Shown in pieces: positions 58,722-64,000 of a stretch of 64,000 nt of DNA. Source of the stretch: Minisyncoccota bacterium. GTDB lineage: Bacteria > Patescibacteriota > Minisyncoccia > Phycocordibacterales > GCA-2401445. The position numbers and the translations under genes are program-made. The first letter of the stretch is position 1. Every line of letters begins with the position of its first letter. Below the pieces are notes generated by a model. It ran no database searches, was not told the DNA's origin, and saw only the letters and a list, made by a program, of their open reading frames with translations. The stretch is from the NCBI GenBank assembly GCA_040879725.1, contig JBBDJV010000018.1, forward strand, positions 16,748 to 80,747. The letters are read 5' to 3'.

Positions 58722-60395
58722 TTAAGGAACTTGTTGAATTCGATAAAATCGTTTTGACTCTCCGATTCCTGTAACATCAAAATATAACTGAGGGTTTGTC
58801 TCAATGGTGACAATAGCCAACGTATGCCACGCACCTTCCTCACTCAAGACATCCTTGTATTCAACAGCACACCGTGAACCGATTGCGCCATAAATGACGA
58901 CAGATGGTGTCATTGTCATGTCCGCAACAAGCGTTGTGTTGGGTGGTCCATCTCCCACAAAAAACGTTTGTGGTATTGTTGGTCTGCTGTAGAGACTTTG
59001 ATCTCGAAGCATTACCCGCCACTGATAGGCGCCACTTGGTAAGGGTGTCTGCGTGGTGAACTCTGCGGTATCGCCGGATTCATACGCAACTTTATTCCAC
59101 CCTGTAAATGTTTCAACATGATCAAACGTATGACTGACTGTTTTGAAACCGTCGGTACTCAGCTCAATACGTGGTGACAATACATCTGCACGCTCATCAA
59201 GCGTAGCACTTAAATCAAGCATGCTGAAACTAAAAGCTACTGTTCCGTTTGGAAGTGTTTCTCCTACAACAGGTGTAATAAGACTTTCAACCTTGGGGAT
59301 ATAATCGCGATACACACTTCCTTTTCCTCCGTTTTGTGTATTCAGATATCCTCCTTTCTTTCCACCCGTAGAACTTGTACGCTCATCGAGATTGCCCATC
59401 GTTGCATTTCCATAGAACACCTTGATTGCTCCACCTCCACCCCCGCCCCCATGGTAACCTCCATCTCCACCATTCGCAGAGAGTGTGCCACTAATGGAAA
59501 TATTGGCACTTCGCAAGAGAACAGTACCACCAGCTCCTCCGCCGTGTGAACTATTTACTCCATCCCGTCCATCGGCGCTGATAGTTCCATTCACAGTAAG
59601 TGAATATTCTGCTTCAATCAGTATCCCAGCACCACCGTTACTAAGACCAGATCTTCTACCACTGGCGCCACCCATGTACGCTTCGTACGTAAATGGCGAA
59701 CCAAAGGACTGACCTCTGTTTACACCACTAGATGAAGTCCAATACCCACGGCCCCCGGTACCAATATGCCCACCAGCAGAAGCGCTTGTATACCAATCAT
59801 TCCCTTGCCCCCGCAGGTCATTACCTGCACCTAAGCCATCGATAATGCCTCCCTCTTCAATGAGTACATTGTTTGCAAGGATAGTTACTGTCCCTGATTG
59901 TGGAAGGTTGCCATCCACGCGATGTACCCGGAGTTTCCCTTCATTAATAACTGTTAGGTTGTTGATATTCCAAAAACCCAGCACAACCAACTCTCCTCCA
60001 ACTATCGTAAGTGGAGCAAAGTTATTTGTTCCGAGGACAGTACTGACACCGCCAGCAATGGTGAGTCGCTCGCAGTTGAGATTACCTGAAACTAAAAGAG
60101 CGCCATCAACATCCAATGTAGCGGACTGTATATTTTCACGTACAGTTAGTGCTCCATTCGTCTCAAGGTAAATTTCCTGAGCTTCTAGCGTACCATCAAT
60201 GATAAGCGAACCGCTGTTTTTAACCAGTACCATCCGGTATGTTCCTCCTGGAATGGTTGTAGTAACTCCATCAATGACGAGATCATCGTCAGCATGTGCT
60301 ACCTGTATGCTGAATACAAGCGTTACTATCGTAAGCATCAAGATGCTTTGAGTTAACCTTCTGGCAAGTAGCCAGTCATTATTTTTTGTTTGCAT
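58722..60395 (-). CDS. Secreted Gly-rich beta-solenoid protein with Ig-like and RFYR-type C-terminal domain
   Basis: Signal peptide (AHA); GGGAGG.V.L, GGGGGGG.I.V repeats; C-terminal VEY...L....W..L......YFD.......RFYRI. Confidence 0.75.
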   Translation of the reverse strand: MQTKNNDWLLARRLTQSILMLTIVTLVFSIQVAHADDDLVIDGVTTTIPGGTYRMVLVKNSGSLIIDGTLEAQEIYLETNGALTVRENIQSATLDVDGALLVSGNLNCERLTIAGGVSTVLGTNNFAPLTIVGGELVVLGFWNINNLTVINEGKLRVHRVDGNLPQSGTVTILANNVLIEEGGIIDGLGAGNDLRGQGNDWYTSASAGGHIGTGGRGYWTSSSGVNRGQSFGSPFTYEAYMGGASGRRSGLSNGGAGILIEAEYSLTVNGTISADGRDGVNSSHGGGAGGTVLLRSANISISGTLSANGGDGGYHGGGGGGGAIKVFYGNATMGNLDERTSSTGGKKGGYLNTQNGGKGSVYRDYIPKVESLITPVVGETLPNGTVAFSFSMLDLSATLDERADVLSPRIELSTDGFKTVSHTFDHVETFTGWNKVAYESGDTAEFTTQTPLPSGAYQWRVMLRDQSLYSRPTIPQTFFVGDGPPNTTLVADMTMTPSVVIYGAIGSRCAVEYKDVLSEEGAWHTLAIVTIETNPQLYFDVTGIGESKRFYRIQQVP

Positions 60396-60555
60396 TTTGT
60401 CCTTTCAATGAACTATCGTTCTTGTTGTTGTTTTTAGAGGAATCCTCTACCTAAACATCATATTCCATATTTTTTACGAATATGTCAATACTCATAGCTA
60501 GAGTACCATTCAATCCGATTTCGAGGATGAATCACGATAAAAAGCTACCTTGTAA

Positions 60556-60592
60556 AATAACAGCCCCGTACCTAAGGTACGGGGCTGTTATT
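60556..60592. terminator. 17-bp perfect hairpin between divergent genes
   Basis: AATAACAGCCCCGTACC-taa-GGTACGGGGCTGTTATT. Confidence 0.55.
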
Positions 60593-60815
60593 ATTCATGC
60601 TGTTTAACCTATTAAACTATAATTTTTTGCAACTTCTTTTAGTTTCAACCCCTAAAAATAGCAAAACTTAACATCCATAAGAATGCCTTTGTATTAAACT
60701 GATTTTCTGCTATGGTGTTTATTAGGGTCGATTTATTTCGACAGGCTAATGTGTTGCCTTAAAACATAATTTTGGACTTTGAAAAGATATAAAAAAATAA
60801 AAGAAGGAGGTTGCA

Positions 60816-61817
60816 ATGATTAGAGCACTTATTGTTTCCAGCTTGAGCGAACGCTATTACTACGATGCATTTGTGGAAGAATCCAAAAAACTTGGTGTTG
60901 AAATAGTTATTCTAGATCCAGAATATTTTATTTCTCAGAATCATACACTGGATATCCATCTTGACTCGGTCAATCTTTCTGGAAAAATTGAAGTAATTGA
61001 ACTTGGCAACGACAAGAATAAAACAAAACTTGTTGATATTAATACCATAAAGGTAGCGTGGTATCTACGTGTAAAACGAACACTCCGTACATCTGAAATC
61101 GATAATGTTGAAAAACGATTCAAATGGAGCGAAACTTTGTGGTCACTTGACTCTCTCCTTCACCTACTTCCCTGCAAATGGATAAATACTCTTGATGATA
61201 TCGAGCGTCTAAACTGCAACAAATTACTACAACAAATGCACGCGGCACGCGCTGGCTTAGCAACACCCAGAACCTCTGTCAGTAACTCACCAGAGTCAGT
61301 AATTGGTTTTTGCGCAAAACACAGTAACCGACTACTACTCAAATTAATTGGATATACCAAACTTGATCCAAACGACATGATGGTGGTTTACTCAGAACTA
61401 TTTGAACTAAATGAATTAAAAGGAAGCGCAGACTCAATCCATTATTGTCCTATATTCGCACAAGAATACATATCAAAACAATACGAATACCGAGTAATGG
61501 TAATTGGAGACGAAGTACACGCGTGTCGTATTGACTCTCAGGCGAGTAAAAAAACTCAAATTGATTGGAGGCACTATGATTTTGAAAATGTTGCACACAC
61601 AAAAGCAGATTTACCGCCAGAAATATCAATGCAATTGATCACCCTAATGAATTCACTTGGACTCAAGTATGGTGCAATAGATATGATAGAAACGCCTGGT
61701 GACGATTTTGTTTTTCTTGAAGTTAATCCATCAGGTCAATGGGATTGGATTGCTAAACTCAGCGGTCTACCTATCGCAAGAAGTGTTGCACGTATGTTAA
61801 AAAAATCTGCAACCTAG
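60816..61817 (+). CDS. MvdC/MvdD-family ATP-grasp RiPP maturase (graspetide synthetase)
   Basis: WYLR; NKLLQ..AA..GL.TP.T.VSN; PIFAQEYI.K.YE.RV.VIG; RIDSQ....QIDWR; GL.YGAIDMI; FLEVNPSGQW.WI; SD AAGGAGG. Confidence 0.88.
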   Translation: MIRALIVSSLSERYYYDAFVEESKKLGVEIVILDPEYFISQNHTLDIHLDSVNLSGKIEVIELGNDKNKTKLVDINTIKVAWYLRVKRTLRTSEIDNVEKRFKWSETLWSLDSLLHLLPCKWINTLDDIERLNCNKLLQQMHAARAGLATPRTSVSNSPESVIGFCAKHSNRLLLKLIGYTKLDPNDMMVVYSELFELNELKGSADSIHYCPIFAQEYISKQYEYRVMVIGDEVHACRIDSQASKKTQIDWRHYDFENVAHTKADLPPEISMQLITLMNSLGLKYGAIDMIETPGDDFVFLEVNPSGQWDWIAKLSGLPIARSVARMLKKSAT

Positions 61818-61818
61818 A

Positions 61819-62340
61819 CTAAACATCAATCCTCGCCCTCGTGCGAGGATTTTCATTAAAAACTCCTTTTTTATATTCATCTAAAAGATGCTTTGCATAC
61901 TCTTTCTCAACCTCACCAACTTCAACTTCACTCCATTTGTGTGCACCATCTATATCATGATGCAATAACATATCAATCATGGGTGTAATTTTATTTGGAT
62001 GCGTAGGATACAGATATTGTAATGCTTTTTTACATAGTTCCCGAGCATGATTAAGATTATGCTTTTTCCAAATTGAAACTGTGGTGGCATGATGATGCCA
62101 CATCCATAATATATTTTGGACCGCCTTTCTCTCGTGTTTATCTAACTTATCAATATCAACTTCTAAAAGTGCATTCTTAATTTGATTAATTAATAATGAG
62201 TCATTATTCTCATCAAAAAAACCTTCTTTAATTGCTTTTTGCTCATGCTCCAACTGCAATTCATGAAGACCATATACATCTCCAACATTAAAATTATGAC
62301 ATACTCGCTCAAGAGATATTTGATCATTTTTCTTTTGCAT
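61819..62340 (-). CDS. Hypothetical helical protein (start revised to MQKK)
   Basis: 173 aa, WMWHHHA motif; own TGcTATACT -10 box 7 nt before the ATG. Confidence 0.7.
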   Translation of the reverse strand: MQKKNDQISLERVCHNFNVGDVYGLHELQLEHEQKAIKEGFFDENNDSLLINQIKNALLEVDIDKLDKHERKAVQNILWMWHHHATTVSIWKKHNLNHARELCKKALQYLYPTHPNKITPMIDMLLHHDIDGAHKWSEVEVGEVEKEYAKHLLDEYKKGVFNENPRTRARIDV

Positions 62341-62357
62341 ATATTCTAGTATAGCAA

Positions 62358-62388
62358 TAAAAAAGAAGGGTTGTGACACCCTTCTTTG
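62358..62388 (-). terminator. Intrinsic terminator after the precursor peptide gene
   Basis: Minus strand AAGAAGGGT-GTCACA-ACCCTTCTT-TTTTA. Confidence 0.75.
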
Positions 62389-62401
62389 ATGAACTGAATA
62401 A

Positions 62402-62581
62402 TCAATCTCTCCGTGGAGCGGTTGGGTCATCGACTTGGTCATGCATCTCAGGAGAATTCCCTTGCGTTGTGACCACAGTCATATTTGCGACAATGTTTGG
62501 TACACTTGGACGAGCTCTCATACGCCGAAGTAACAACGGACCATTTTGAGGATTGATTTCTTCTACAGTATCTTCTTTCAT
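62402..62581 (-). CDS. Putative graspetide precursor peptide (59 aa)
   Basis: GGAG SD 7 nt before the ATG; leader motif PLLLRRM; core TVVTTQGNSPEMHDQVDD. Confidence 0.7.
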   Translation of the reverse strand: MKEDTVEEINPQNGPLLLRRMRARPSVPNIVANMTVVTTQGNSPEMHDQVDDPTAPRRD

Positions 62582-62730
62582 AAACAAACTCCATGTAATA
62601 AGTTAAAACTCAGTACAACCTAATTAAAGAATACCATCTACGAATAAATTGCTCAAATACCTTATTACAGTATGGTATTATGCATAGATGCTCAATGCTG
62701 TACTATTTCTAAAAGCTAGCACAATACAAC

Positions 62731-63033
62731 ATGACTAAATACACCAAACTCGTACGTGACAAAATTCCTGAAATACTTGATGCGAAAAAAGTACCCTACA
62801 CAAAAAGAGTCGCGAATGAAACAGAGTACAAGGAAGCGCTAGTGGAAAAACTCCTCGAAGAAGTACGGGAATTCTCTCAAACTCCCACAGAAGAAGAACT
62901 CGCTGACGTGCTTGAAGTGGTGAATGCGCTCACAAAACTCCCCGAATATCGCGCAACGGAAACTGCACGAAAAATAAAACACGAAGAAAGAGGAGGTTTT
63001 GAAAAAAGAATAATTCTTTCCGGAGAAAAATAA
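62731..63033 (+). CDS. MazG-like nucleoside triphosphate pyrophosphohydrolase
   Basis: KLVRDKIPEI, KLLEE..EF, EELADVLEV, K..ERGGF. Confidence 0.9.
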   Translation: MTKYTKLVRDKIPEILDAKKVPYTKRVANETEYKEALVEKLLEEVREFSQTPTEEELADVLEVVNALTKLPEYRATETARKIKHEERGGFEKRIILSGEK

Positions 63034-63065
63034 TACCGTACCAGGCATCGTACGGTATTATTTTT

Positions 63066-64000
63066 TTACTTCTTTGCTTTGAGTGAGGCTTTAATAAATG
63101 CGCTGAAAAGTGGGTGAGGATTAAGCGGATGCGCTTTGAATTCGGGATGAAATTGAGTTCCCAAGAAAAACGGATGCTTACTCTGTGGCAACTCGGCTAT
63201 TTCAACCAAGTACCCGTCTGGTGATGTGCCAGAAAATATAAGCCCTGCCTCTTCTATCTGTTTTCGGAATTCATTGTTTACCTCGTAGCGGTGTCGGTGA
63301 CGCTCAATCACTTCTTCTGTTTTATACGCTTTATGCGCCACTGTCCCCTTTAAGATTTTTGCCGGATAGGCACCAAGTCGCATGGTTCCGCCGTAACGCC
63401 CCTCTTCCACATGCTTTCTCTGATGCTCCATGATATCGATTACAAGGTTTTCTCCTTTTGGATTTATCTCACGAGTATTCGCATCCTTAATTCCTAAAAC
63501 ATTCCGTGCGTATTCAATAACCGCAAGTTGCATACCGTAGCATATTCCAAAATAAGGTATCTTCTGTTCTCGTGCATACTTAATAACATGCAACTTCCCT
63601 TCAATGCCTGTTTCTCCAAACCCACCAGGAACGAGAACTCCATCATATTTTTTAAGCTCAACCACCTTCTTTGGGTCTTTTTCAAACTGCTTCGAATCAA
63701 GCCAGTGAATAAGCGGAACCGCTCCTTGTTCGTACGCAGACATTTTAATCGCTTCAATAACTGAGATGTAAGCATCGGACAACACAAAGTCTCCTGAATC
63801 AAAGTATTTACCCACTATCGCGATATTTACTTCCTTCTTCGCGTTATTCATTTTCTTTACCATTCCCCGCCACTCAACTAAATCTTTCTTGCGTGGTTTT
63901 AAGCTAAGCGCATCTAGTACATGGTTTGAGAGACCGTCATTTTCAAAATTTACCGGCACTTCGTAAATACTTTTTATATCAGGAGCAGAAATTACGTGGT
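63066..64000 (-). CDS. pyrG: CTP synthase (3' part; gene starts beyond the window)
   Basis: IAIVGKY, VPGGFG, GICYGMQ, GGTMRLG, ERHRHRYE, QFHPEF. Confidence 0.97.
   Translation of the reverse strand, partial: HVISAPDIKSIYEVPVNFENDGLSNHVLDALSLKPRKKDLVEWRGMVKKMNNAKKEVNIAIVGKYFDSGDFVLSDAYISVIEAIKMSAYEQGAVPLIHWLDSKQFEKDPKKVVELKKYDGVLVPGGFGETGIEGKLHVIKYAREQKIPYFGICYGMQLAVIEYARNVLGIKDANTREINPKGENLVIDIMEHQRKHVEEGRYGGTMRLGAYPAKILKGTVAHKAYKTEEVIERHRHRYEVNNEFRKQIEEAGLIFSGTSPDGYLVEIAELPQSKHPFFLGTQFHPEFKAHPLNPHPLFSAFIKASLKAKK

Noticed and set aside
60816-61817. RimK/LysX-type ligase
   Set aside because: IDWR and NPSGQW motifs and a neighbouring Thr/Asp-rich peptide favour the MvdC/MvdD family; RimK-type G.GV and FRSN motifs are absent.
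62341-62442. N-terminal extension of ORF 61819-62442
   Set aside because: It overlaps the precursor gene and its terminator; a -10 box precedes ATG 62340.

Overview
A 64-kb chromosomal segment of a small-genome bacterium, most likely Patescibacteria/CPR (Parcubacteria-like). This is inferred from the gene repertoire: an orphan peptide-binding protein after secG, an archaeal-type PyrH, a PIF1-like helicase, many single-pass surface proteins, and -10 boxes abutting start codons. The genetic code is standard, with TGA used as stop. Housekeeping genes include htpX, lemA, groEL/groES, secG, rnj, mutY-like, nth, pyrH, a DEAD-box helicase, mltG and partial pyrG, plus tRNA-Ser(GGA) and tRNA-Gln(CTG). 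The top candidate for a new system is a minimal graspetide (omega-ester RiPP) locus: an MvdC/MvdD-type ATP-grasp ligase (60816-61817) and an unannotated 59-aa precursor (62402-62581) with its own Shine-Dalgarno and terminator. Both tRNAs are followed by inverted and direct copies of their own 3' ends mixed with REP-like palindromes, and one such array leads into a small GIY-YIG nuclease. Other observations are a promoter- and terminator-bounded ~120-nt sRNA candidate, Fe-S-free MutY and Nth, a fatty acid desaturase, a membrane-anchored peptidoglycan-editing cluster, several small ORFs missed by the ORF track, and four interrupted genes that may be assembly errors. All functional calls come from motif recognition by eye; no database search was run.
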